64,000 nt of DNA from a virus: the IMG/VR virus record IMGVR_UViG_3300013131_004463, positions 15,231-79,230 of that record. The stretch is one strand, 5' to 3'. The notes under the pieces were generated by a model that saw only the letters and a list, made by a program, of their open reading frames with translations, was not told the DNA's origin and made no database searches. The translations under genes were made by a program, and so were the position numbers. Within the stretch, counting starts at the first letter, position 1; each line of letters opens with the position of its first letter. Positions 52,026 to 60,960 of the stretch are shown one piece after another.

Positions 52026-52132
52026 TTTTTATCCTTTTTATTAGCTTGCGCTAAATTGCTGCTTTTTATAGCAGACTAAAGAACAAAAGAATTTGTAATT
52101 CTAATATTCTAATCAGAATTACACTTTAATTT

Positions 52133-52744
52133 TTATTGAGTGCTAGCAAAAGTATGTATATATACAGGAGATTCTGTGATATTATCAGAAAGAACACCCG
52201 TGTATCCATCTGATCCAATAGATCTAATACTAAGATTATACATAATTTCGCCTGGGACTTCTAATGTTGCTTGAACCTTCGGAGTGCCTACAAAAGCAAC
52301 TGGATACATAATTGCATATGCATCAAGGTTTAATGGAGTAAGCTCTTTTGTAAATACTTGATTACTAGATTTTGCAACAAATTGTGCATTTGCCCAACCG
52401 CTATAATTAGTATTATAAGTAGCGAGATTATCTGTTAAATATTGAAAATATCCACTATTTCCTACTAGTTTAATTTCGCCAAGATTTGAGTCTACTTGAA
52501 TTGTTATTCCATTGTCGCCAGTAACATAAACATTGCCTTGTAGATTATTTATAGAATTTACATCTGCTGTAGCGGTATTAATTAATCCTTGTAGATAACC
52601 ACTAATTCCAGTAAGTTCGCTATAGTAAGCAAGACCGCTATTTCCAAATCCAAGACGCAAAGCTGAACTTCCATCGTATGCAACTCCTGGGACTGGAGTT
52701 AAGTTATATCCGCTAAGTCGGAGGTGTTTAAAAGCGCTTATCAT
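52133..52744 (-). CDS. Virion structural protein (fibre-associated)
   Basis: VNSINNLQGNV motif, SGY repeats, late motif upstream. Confidence 0.6.
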   Translation of the reverse strand: MISAFKHLRLSGYNLTPVPGVAYDGSSALRLGFGNSGLAYYSELTGISGYLQGLINTATADVNSINNLQGNVYVTGDNGITIQVDSNLGEIKLVGNSGYFQYLTDNLATYNTNYSGWANAQFVAKSSNQVFTKELTPLNLDAYAIMYPVAFVGTPKVQATLEVPGEIMYNLSIRSIGSDGYTGVLSDNITESPVYIHTFASTQ

Positions 52745-52781
52745 AGTTTTTTATTTACTTTCACTAGATTACACATATTTT

Positions 52782-53321
52782 TTATTTTTTTATTTGAACA
52801 TTTAAATAATATCCGTTATTTAATAAAATATCACTAAAGTTTATATAGAACCCATTAGAATTGATTGCTCCTATCGTAAAATAGTAAGCCATATCGTCTA
52901 CTATATTTTGAAAAGCGCATACCACAGATTTTGGAGCAGAAGATAATGTTTGGGGAAAACTAATATAATAGTTATCAGATCCTTGAGTTAAATTAGCGGT
53001 ATATCCAAGTATATTTTCACTTTCAAAATAACCACTTAATGGAGCAGCATCTATAGTAATTGATTTATAAGGATTTTGAGAACTATTTGTTGATATTTTA
53101 ATCCCAGTTTCAGCAATAAATTTTAATGTTTCTATGCCAGTTGGTATTAAATCTGGTTGATTATTAACTTTGAAGGTTTTAAATTGATTGACTGGGCCTT
53201 CTGGTCCTTGTGGGCCTTGTGGTCCTGGTATAAAAATATTTGCATCCCCTTGAAAACTTGGAGAAGTTACATCCGTAGTTATTGCATTTGGCAAAATTAC
53301 ATCTACAATTAAATCTGCCAT
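52782..53321 (-). CDS. Virion protein with short collagen-like repeat
   Basis: GPQGPQGPEGP. Confidence 0.65.
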   Translation of the reverse strand: MADLIVDVILPNAITTDVTSPSFQGDANIFIPGPQGPQGPEGPVNQFKTFKVNNQPDLIPTGIETLKFIAETGIKISTNSSQNPYKSITIDAAPLSGYFESENILGYTANLTQGSDNYYISFPQTLSSAPKSVVCAFQNIVDDMAYYFTIGAINSNGFYINFSDILLNNGYYLNVQIKK

Positions 53322-53325
53322 AAAA

Positions 53326-53700
53326 TTAAAAAGATGTTACTTCTGGACTTACAATAAACTTTCCTCTAATCAACTTTATAGAATTACCAGTTGGTATTCC
53401 ATAAGGAAATCGCTCTATATCATAAACAAAAGTTCCTACTGGAATACTTGCAGTTGTATAAGAATCTACGTTTATATCTACTATTCCAGATGGATAGTAT
53501 GAACCATTATTGCCAGAGATAATAGTTGGATTTAGATTAACTAAAATTTGTTGATCTCCTGTGTATCCATAAGCATATTTTACAACTCCTCTAACATCAT
53601 ATCCACTTAAATTTATTGAATTATTATTAGAATCTTTTACTCTTAAAGAAAGCTGTAAATGGTCGCCTTGAATTGTGTTTATATTATATGTAGTGGACAT
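53326..53700 (-). CDS. BppU N-terminal-like fibre attachment protein
   Basis: QGD...INLSGY...GTFVYDIE...GKFIVSPEVT pattern. Confidence 0.6.
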   Translation of the reverse strand: MSTTYNINTIQGDHLQLSLRVKDSNNNSINLSGYDVRGVVKYAYGYTGDQQILVNLNPTIISGNNGSYYPSGIVDINVDSYTTASIPVGTFVYDIERFPYGIPTGNSIKLIRGKFIVSPEVTSF

Positions 53701-53732
53701 ATAATAAATTACACCAATTAAAAATTAATAAT

Positions 53733-55199
53733 TTAAGGAATATTTAATTTAACGCCGTTAACCTTGACTGTTCCGTATAGGTTTATTTCATTAGCAGAAA
53801 TTTTTATACCTAAACCACTAACAGTACCATTTCCACTTTGAAAATTGAAACCAACAAATATTGAATCTTTTGAACCTGTTATTCTATTATTATAACCAAA
53901 AACAAAAGACTTATTATTTAAAATAAATTCATTATCTCTCCCTATCAACAAAGATTCCGTATTACCAGCTAATTTATTACTATTACCTAAAGTGACTGTA
54001 TCATAATTATTAGTTCCTCTAATAAGATTTCCTGCGTAATAATTAGAATTTCCAGCAGAGAATTGTAGAATACCTGTTAAATATGCATGATTATTAGATA
54101 ATTCTGACCTAAGTGAGCCATCTGAAGAATTCCCATTGCCAAATATAAAATTATTATTTGCACCAGATACAACATTGTTATTACCGAAAATAGCATTTTC
54201 ATCGCCTGAACTTAAACTATTAATGCTACCAAATACGGAATTATTTGAACTTAAAATTGTATTTGAGTTGCCATATATTATATTGTTTGAAGATTTTTGT
54301 AAGCTATTTATTCCTCCAAATACATAGTTCAAATAACTGCCTGTACTAAAATTTAGTTTACCTATTACAATATCAGAATTAGCAGATTCAAAGATATTAC
54401 TGTCTCCTATCGAATAAATATTGAAGCTTTTATTGATGTCGTTGCTAAAACCAATTACATAAGTATTTCCACCCTGTGTTTGAAAAAAGTTATTTCCATT
54501 TCCATAGCAGGAAATTCCAGAACTTTGAGTAAATTGATTATAATTACCAACTAAAGTTACTTCGCCTGCACCTTCAAATAAACTATTATTATCCCCAATA
54601 ACAGCAACTTTATAATTCTCATATCCACTAAAAGTACTACCTAAGACTCCTGGAGCAGATAAAAGTCCTTCTACATTATTTTTTGCGTATAAATAATTAT
54701 TTTTTCCTAAAACAGTTGATTCAGAAAATCCAGATAATTGATTATAAGTTCCTATTACAGAAGAGTAAGCACTCTGAGTTGCGTAATTATACGTGCCAAT
54801 CATATACATTCTTTGCGTGCGATTAAAATCGTTAAAATGACCAATAGCTACATTACCTACGCCAGAAAGAAGAAGGTTAGAGCTTCCTAATGCTATTTCT
54901 GGGCCCCAAGCAAACTTTCTTATAATCTCTGGACTCCAAGTTAAATTGTAAGTTCCAATATTAATTGCTGGACCATCAACAGTTTGACAATTTCCTATAA
55001 TAACTGGACAGGCAATAATTCTATCATTTTTGAATATAGGTATTCTTAAACCACTAAAAAAAGTTCGGTCACCATATATAGGACTATTAAGGTCGCCAGT
55101 AGTAAACTCAAAGCTAATTCCAGTCAGGTTTTGCTCAACGAAAGATTTGGTTGTTGAATCGTAAAACTGAGTATATAGAGGTTTATTTATTGGTGTCAC
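53733..55199 (-). CDS. Beta-helical (YadA-head-like) fibre/spike protein
   Basis: Many repeats of about 14 aa with hGxxN pattern; C-terminal NLYGTVKVNG. Confidence 0.65.
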   Translation of the reverse strand: MTPINKPLYTQFYDSTTKSFVEQNLTGISFEFTTGDLNSPIYGDRTFFSGLRIPIFKNDRIIACPVIIGNCQTVDGPAINIGTYNLTWSPEIIRKFAWGPEIALGSSNLLLSGVGNVAIGHFNDFNRTQRMYMIGTYNYATQSAYSSVIGTYNQLSGFSESTVLGKNNYLYAKNNVEGLLSAPGVLGSTFSGYENYKVAVIGDNNSLFEGAGEVTLVGNYNQFTQSSGISCYGNGNNFFQTQGGNTYVIGFSNDINKSFNIYSIGDSNIFESANSDIVIGKLNFSTGSYLNYVFGGINSLQKSSNNIIYGNSNTILSSNNSVFGSINSLSSGDENAIFGNNNVVSGANNNFIFGNGNSSDGSLRSELSNNHAYLTGILQFSAGNSNYYAGNLIRGTNNYDTVTLGNSNKLAGNTESLLIGRDNEFILNNKSFVFGYNNRITGSKDSIFVGFNFQSGNGTVSGLGIKISANEINLYGTVKVNGVKLNIP

Positions 55200-55244
55200 G
55201 TATGAATTACTTACACTATAAATTTAACATTTTTAAAAAAAAAA

Positions 55245-55589
55245 TCACTTTCCTTCAGAAAGGATATCTTTTGATTTTTTATCTAAATTTACAGAATTAT
55301 CTATATTTTTTGGAACATTAAAAGAGGATATAAATTTCTTAAATTCTGATACTAATCTTTTTGTTAGCATTTCTCTGTTGTCTATTGGCACAAGGCCTAT
55401 TTTATTAGCATGAGCTTGAAGATCGCTTTTGTTCATTTCATTGATAAGATTAGTATAATCTTGAAGGTTAGTTGTATTATACTTACTTAGTCCAGTATCT
55501 CCCCAAATTTGATCTAAACTCTTATATTGAGTATTTTCTAATTTTCCATGAGTTTGGGAAAGTTCTTCTATTTTCTTTCTTTTTGGCAT
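55245..55589 (-). CDS. Hypothetical protein downstream of the capsid gene
   Basis: AGGAG RBS. Confidence 0.65.
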   Translation of the reverse strand: MPKRKKIEELSQTHGKLENTQYKSLDQIWGDTGLSKYNTTNLQDYTNLINEMNKSDLQAHANKIGLVPIDNREMLTKRLVSEFKKFISSFNVPKNIDNSVNLDKKSKDILSEGK

Positions 55590-55650
55590 ATTTTATCTCC
55601 TTAATATATTATAATTTTAACTAAAAAAATATCTAAAATATTTATAAAAT

Positions 55651-55686
55651 AAAAGACCCAGCAGAGATTAATCTGCTGGGCCCTTT
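55651..55686 (-). terminator. Rho-independent terminator after the major capsid gene
   Basis: CCCAGCAGA-gattaa-TCTGCTGGG stem, followed by a U-run on the minus strand. Confidence 0.85.
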
Positions 55687-55706
55687 AAATTTAATCTAAT
55701 TATTAA

Positions 55707-56777
55707 TTAGATTCTGATTCCAACGATTGCGCGAGCATCGATACAAACGCGGCCTTCTTCGAGAGAACCGTAGAAACCGGTTTTCTCAGAACGGGCAACG
55801 AATTGATCATCAGGAAGAACAGTGAATGTTCCACCAGATTCTGCTTGGCGAGCGATTGGACGAATAAACGCTTCTTTGCTAAGATCAAGACCAATAGCAA
55901 GCTCTTGCGTAACGCTGTTGAAGGATTGAGCACCTTTGAAAGCATTGAATAGAGCGCTATATTTTTGACCTACGCCTAGCTCAACCAATTCATGGATAGT
56001 AACACCATAAAGTGATTCTGAACCAGCACCACGATAGATTTCTTCACGGACACCATCAGGAAGATTTGTTCCTGCTGTGCCAGTTGTGGTGAATGGTTGA
56101 TAAGCAAATGCACGGATGTCAGCTTTGACTTCTGGGCTAACAAATAGATCTGTTAGACCATAAGAGCTATCAGTTGCGCCACCAGCATAAGAAGTATTAA
56201 GTCTTTTTACTAGTGTCATTAAACTATTTAGATCAGCTAATTGGAATGTGCCAGGTGAACTTGCGTCAACAATATGGCTACCTCCAGCTACTGGACTATT
56301 AGCTTCAGCAAGAGCTTTTAGCACTACTGCCCAAGCATTACGTTCTTGTTTTACAAGAACTTCATTGCTCATTCTCTCAACTGCTTTGCTTACTACATCA
56401 AGACGACCACGACGAGCATAGCGTTTTAGGAAGCTTACTGCGCTATCTAGACGATAGGTAGAAACTTTTAATTCGCTAAATCCTTCTACGGTTGAAGAAG
56501 GAAGACCACCTGCTACACTTTGACTCCAAACTGTAACATAGTCTTGATTCTGGTCGTGCCATAGATCAAGAGGAAGACTTGGATTATCGTCTTCATCATA
56601 AGGGGCATCAGAATAGATTGCGCTAGCTGTGCCTGCTTGCATTAGGACTTTGCTTACAACTGGTCCAATGAAAGCGGCAAAAGCTTCAGTAGCTTCGCGA
56701 GCTACTGCAACATCTCTGCTGCCCATGGCTTTTACAAGCTCAACTTGTTCTGGGGTATTTTTTAGTTTAATCTTCAT
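55707..56777 (-). CDS. Major capsid protein (HK97-fold inferred)
   Basis: 356 aa, strong AGGAG RBS, terminator, follows protease and decoration genes, highly expressed codon style. Confidence 0.8.
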   Translation of the reverse strand: MKIKLKNTPEQVELVKAMGSRDVAVAREATEAFAAFIGPVVSKVLMQAGTASAIYSDAPYDEDDNPSLPLDLWHDQNQDYVTVWSQSVAGGLPSSTVEGFSELKVSTYRLDSAVSFLKRYARRGRLDVVSKAVERMSNEVLVKQERNAWAVVLKALAEANSPVAGGSHIVDASSPGTFQLADLNSLMTLVKRLNTSYAGGATDSSYGLTDLFVSPEVKADIRAFAYQPFTTTGTAGTNLPDGVREEIYRGAGSESLYGVTIHELVELGVGQKYSALFNAFKGAQSFNSVTQELAIGLDLSKEAFIRPIARQAESGGTFTVLPDDQFVARSEKTGFYGSLEEGRVCIDARAIVGIRI

Positions 56778-56796
56778 TTTAAATTTTCTCCTTTAA

Positions 56797-57399
56797 TTAG
56801 AAGTTGAGTTTGATTAGAGCAACACCATTTACTGGTTTGCTAAGTAGTGAGCCAACTTTTGCTCCTGCATTATGATTGACTACTGTACTTAATTCACCAG
56901 CGGTTGTGCTTAGATAAACTCCTGCACCAACTGATGCAGAATTAGAAATTTCAGTTCCGCTATAGACAACTACGCCTTTAGTTAGAACTGGAACGCCTTG
57001 TCCACTGACTACAACGTTCTTCTCTGCAGCTTTACGTGGGTTGAAAATTAATTTTTCACCATTTTCGTCTAGCTCTTGAGTAGAAAGTAGAGTAATGCCT
57101 AGAGCAGCATCTCCAGAAGAGGCTGCGCCAACCTTTGAAGTTAGGGCGTAACGATTAGAAACTGTGTTTGCAAAACCAGCGCCAACTAGTCCAGCCATAT
57201 CGACTGGTACTGCGCCAAGGAAGCCTGTGCCTCCTGGGGTTGTTGAGGCGACGATTGGTTGAAAACCATTTCCAATAACTTTTACTACTGTACCTGCGGT
57301 AGCAATAACGCCATTAGCATCTTGCGCACCATCAAAGGCAAATAGGTTGACTACATCATGTTCGCTGTAGTCTCTGAATGGTCTTAGTGTATGTGCCAT
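56797..57399 (-). CDS. Capsid decoration/cement protein
   Basis: Between scaffold and MCP; GQGVPVLTKG...VYL...VG pattern. Confidence 0.65.
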   Translation of the reverse strand: MAHTLRPFRDYSEHDVVNLFAFDGAQDANGVIATAGTVVKVIGNGFQPIVASTTPGGTGFLGAVPVDMAGLVGAGFANTVSNRYALTSKVGAASSGDAALGITLLSTQELDENGEKLIFNPRKAAEKNVVVSGQGVPVLTKGVVVYSGTEISNSASVGAGVYLSTTAGELSTVVNHNAGAKVGSLLSKPVNGVALIKLNF

Positions 57400-57417
57400 A
57401 TTATTTCTCCTTATTTA

Positions 57418-58938
57418 TTAGTTAACATCAAATCCTTCAAAACCGAAAGCTTTGCTATACTTTTCGCGTAGCGAAACTTCAGCGGTAGTTGTTGAATTTG
57501 GGATTGAAGTCTTTTCAACTTTTGAGTTGTCTAGAACTTCATCTACAACTTCGGTTGCAGATTGTTCAGAAGATGTCGAGGCTTTTACTTCCTCTTTAAC
57601 TTCAGAAGCTTTTGCTTTCATGTCTTCTTCCATTTTAGCTTTTTTAGCAGCTTTATTTTTTTCTTTCATAAGAACTGCCATTTTCTTTTTATAAGCAGCA
57701 AAGGCTTCTTCATCTAAATCTTTAATATCACTAGCTAAAATTTGACGATCTTCGTCAGATAGATCAAATTCCTCATCAAGAGCAGCCATTCTCAAATTAA
57801 AAGCTTCTTCTTTGGCTTTAGCTACTTTTTCTTCTTCTAGTTTCATAAGAGCAGCTTTAACTTTTTCTAGCTCTTCTTTTACTTTTTCCCCTTCGGTAGA
57901 AAGTGCTTCGTATTTTTCTTGAGCAGCTTTAATAGCAAGATCTTTTTCATTCTTCTCGGCTACAAAAGCTTCTGAGGCTTTCTTTAGCTCTTCTTGAATA
58001 AAATCAGTAACGCTAGAAGCTTTGACTTGCTTTAGTAGCTCGTCAGTAATTTGATTGATATTTTCTATTTTCATAATTATTCTGTTTATAACTCCTTCTT
58101 CATTTACAGTATTTTCTGTATTTTGTGAAATACTATTTTCTGAGGCTTCAGAAGACTCTTTTTCATCGTCTTTTGATTTAAATTCAATAACAGCAATTTT
58201 ATCTTTATCTTTGGTTGCTACGCCCATAACATCTGCTGCTGGATTAGAGGTTAATCCTATTCCTAAAGGAATAACATCTCCTACTACTTGACGATAAATA
58301 TATGTGTTATTATCAACTTTGCCAGTTCCTCCAAAAGCTTTTAGATTTTTGCTTAATTTATCTTTTTCATCTTCATCTGTTACGAATTTAGCATCTTCTA
58401 GATTCTTATTATTATTATCTAATAAAACAAGATCATATTCACTAAAACCTAATTCCCATGAAGCACTAACTTTCATGTAATTTTCACTAGAAGGATCATT
58501 GCTCTCTTCTATTAAATTAGCTAATTGAGGATTAATTATCTTCCACATTACGCCACCAAGAGTAATATAAAATGGCTCTTTTAAGTCTTTTACTTCTGCT
58601 AAAGATTCATTTGATCCAAATTTACTAAAATTGGCTGTTAAGATGCAGCCAATAACTCTAGAACGGTCATGTTCTATATTAATTGGTTTATTAATAAAAT
58701 TTTTAACCATCTCTGCTGCTGTAGCAGAATTAATAACATCACCATTTTTATTAACTCTATTGACAACACAAGCATCAAATGCTATTGGTAGTAAATCTAT
58801 ATTTTTATCAGTATCAATATCTGGTAAAAATTTCTTTAAATTAGCAATAGAAGCAAGAGATAAATATTTATCTTTTTCTTCGCTAACTACTGGCTTAATA
58901 TGAATATTAGCAAAAGTTGTGTTATATTTAAATTCCAT
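57418..58938 (-). CDS. Prohead protease fused to scaffold coiled-coil
   Basis: NKNGD, PINIEH, VSASWE, GIGLTSNPAA; E/K/A-rich C-terminal half. Confidence 0.75.
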   Translation of the reverse strand: MEFKYNTTFANIHIKPVVSEEKDKYLSLASIANLKKFLPDIDTDKNIDLLPIAFDACVVNRVNKNGDVINSATAAEMVKNFINKPINIEHDRSRVIGCILTANFSKFGSNESLAEVKDLKEPFYITLGGVMWKIINPQLANLIEESNDPSSENYMKVSASWELGFSEYDLVLLDNNNKNLEDAKFVTDEDEKDKLSKNLKAFGGTGKVDNNTYIYRQVVGDVIPLGIGLTSNPAADVMGVATKDKDKIAVIEFKSKDDEKESSEASENSISQNTENTVNEEGVINRIIMKIENINQITDELLKQVKASSVTDFIQEELKKASEAFVAEKNEKDLAIKAAQEKYEALSTEGEKVKEELEKVKAALMKLEEEKVAKAKEEAFNLRMAALDEEFDLSDEDRQILASDIKDLDEEAFAAYKKKMAVLMKEKNKAAKKAKMEEDMKAKASEVKEEVKASTSSEQSATEVVDEVLDNSKVEKTSIPNSTTTAEVSLREKYSKAFGFEGFDVN

Positions 58939-58940
58939 AA

Positions 58941-59120
58941 TTATACCTCAAAAGTAAATTGAAAACCTTCGTCTTCATCATCTAAATAAAGTTCATCAGC
59001 ATTAGTAAAATCAAAATCATTTAAATTGTATTCTTTAATATCTGCAAAAGCTTGATTTAGATCTTCTTCAAGAATTTCCATATTTTCTGTGGCGTCAACT
59101 TCTATTTCGTGTTTTTTCAT
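58941..59120 (-). CDS. Unlisted 59-aa highly acidic protein
   Basis: Own translation [59 protein letters not shown]; ATGA overlap with the HNH stop. Confidence 0.7.
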   Translation of the reverse strand: MKKHEIEVDATENMEILEEDLNQAFADIKEYNLNDFDFTNADELYLDDEDEGFQFTFEV

Positions 59121-59644
59121 ATTATATTAGATTTTTTAATATTCTCCTCCGCAGTTAAAACTTGTAAATTCCAAGGAACATGTGTTCCGCCTTTTGATAA
59201 AGGCATGATATGGTCTACATGATATTTTTTACCAGTTATTGATTCAAAATATTTTGCCGTATCATAAAATACTTGACAAAAATCTCTTAATATCTTTGGC
59301 GATTTCATCTTTTCTGCTCTTGCTCTTTGCTGATTTGCATGTCTGGATAATTGCTCTAAAGTTCTTCGCCTTCCCTTTTTTCTTGTCAATTTATTTCGAA
59401 TTAAAATTTTATTTTTATAATTTAAATCGTTTTGATATTTTAATTTCCTTTTCAAATTGGCTATAGGTCTATATTTTGCGTCTGATATTCTTTTTTTATT
59501 TTTATACTCTATAGTGTTTTGACAAGCTTTATATTCTTTAAATTTATCTAAACTCACCCAATATTCTCTATTTTTATTAATATATCTCCAAAAATATTTT
59601 TGGGTCTTTGGGTCAAAATCTCCTCTTTGGAATTTATTATTCAT
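59117..59644 (-). CDS. HNH endonuclease (free-standing homing type)
   Basis: [32 protein letters not shown]. Confidence 0.9.
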   Translation of the reverse strand: MNNKFQRGDFDPKTQKYFWRYINKNREYWVSLDKFKEYKACQNTIEYKNKKRISDAKYRPIANLKRKLKYQNDLNYKNKILIRNKLTRKKGRRRTLEQLSRHANQQRARAEKMKSPKILRDFCQVFYDTAKYFESITGKKYHVDHIMPLSKGGTHVPWNLQVLTAEENIKKSNII

Positions 59645-60060
59645 TTTGACATTAGATCTTTATCTGCTTGACGATAAGAGTCTTTAACTTTTCCGCCTTT
59701 TACCATTCTAAGAAATGCATTTACTCGGGCTAATCCCCAAGCAGTTCTTGAGACTCCTGGCCTATGAGAAGAACTATATGCACCAGCGCCTCTGCGAAAT
59801 ACTTTTTTTAATTGGCCAAGAGTAACTTTCTTTTTACTTTTACTATTGTGTTCTTTTACTTTATTTTTAAGAGCTTCAATAACTTTCTTTGAAAATTCAA
59901 TAGCTTTATCGCTCTTTGTTCCTGCGCTACCTGGTTTATTTTTAGAAGAGCCTTTGCGTCTTTCACCTGGTTTTGCTGGTGTTTGAGCTCCTGATTTTGG
60001 ACCAGGTCTGGCGGCTTTAATAGGTTCAAAGCCAAAGTTATCGAGATTATTAATGCTCAT
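59641..60060 (-). CDS. Highly basic nucleic-acid-binding-like protein
   Basis: K/R-rich; [28 protein letters not shown]. Confidence 0.65.
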   Translation of the reverse strand: MSINNLDNFGFEPIKAARPGPKSGAQTPAKPGERRKGSSKNKPGSAGTKSDKAIEFSKKVIEALKNKVKEHNSKSKKKVTLGQLKKVFRRGAGAYSSSHRPGVSRTAWGLARVNAFLRMVKGGKVKDSYRQADKDLMSK

Positions 60061-60102
60061 TTATATAATATACACTTAAGAAAGAATTAAATATAATTAA
60101 AA

Positions 60103-60252
60103 TTAAGGCTCTAAAGTGCCTCTATTAGCATCTTCTGCGCTACCCATTGTGGCGCTTTCTGAATATTTTGTAGGTAATTCTCTGCTTTCATAAATTGGTT
60201 CAGAGCAAGAAACTAATAAAAATAGTGGCAATATTAATATAAACTTTTTCAC
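60103..60252 (-). CDS. Unlisted 49-aa lipoprotein
   Basis: Own translation MKKFILILPLFLLVSCSEPIYESRELP...; lipobox LVSC. Confidence 0.7.
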   Translation of the reverse strand: MKKFILILPLFLLVSCSEPIYESRELPTKYSESATMGSAEDANRGTLEP

Positions 60253-60265
60253 AAACAAGATCACA

Positions 60266-60955
60266 CTATTTAAGTTTTTTGCCTATGATTTTATCTGTTT
60301 CTTTTATATTATCAATAGGATTAATTACAACATTAGAAAGAGCTTGCTCTATTATTTTAGCTTCTGCATCTCGTCTTCTGCTCATGCCTTTTTCTATACT
60401 GCCGCCAATCCATATTCTTTTCATTTTTCTTACTTGATCAGCAATTTGAGCTAATGTTTTTTCATCAAAATTATTTATTCTTGCCATGATATCTCTTATA
60501 GCTTTCATCTCGCGCCTTCTATCGCCCTCTAATGCTGCTCCTCTATTAAATACAAGACTAACTAATCCTCCTTTTGCATCTTCTGGTAATTTATCAAAAT
60601 TAGGAAAAGTTTTTTGAGTTAAGTCATAGAATTTTTTTACTGTTTTATTCATGAATACTTTGGTTGATAATTCCCAAGGAATAGTTATATCTTTTAATCT
60701 TCGGGCTAATTCTTTTGCATTATATCCTTTTACCCCAACAACTTTATATAATCTATCGAAAACTTCTTTTGGAAGATCTTTCCAATCATTTGCGAATTCA
60801 GTCTTGTTTACATATCCAACATCATAACCAACTCCAATCGTAACTCCGCTTTGCTCTCCTGGCCAAACTGGATTTTTTAAAAATTTATTATAATAGTTTT
60901 CACCGCCACCCACTTCAAATTCAAGAATAAGATCAAGAGATTTTTTATTTAACAT
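60266..60955 (-). CDS. Endolysin (lysozyme-like, GH24/pesticin C-terminal type)
   Basis: ILEFE, SGVTIGVGYD, LVSLVFNRG, RRRDAEA. Confidence 0.8.
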   Translation of the reverse strand: MLNKKSLDLILEFEVGGGENYYNKFLKNPVWPGEQSGVTIGVGYDVGYVNKTEFANDWKDLPKEVFDRLYKVVGVKGYNAKELARRLKDITIPWELSTKVFMNKTVKKFYDLTQKTFPNFDKLPEDAKGGLVSLVFNRGAALEGDRRREMKAIRDIMARINNFDEKTLAQIADQVRKMKRIWIGGSIEKGMSRRRDAEAKIIEQALSNVVINPIDNIKETDKIIGKKLK

Positions 60956-60960
60956 ATATT

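Noticed and set aside
59117-59644. HNH inside a group I intron
   Set aside because: ATGA overlaps on both sides leave no non-coding room for an intron core.
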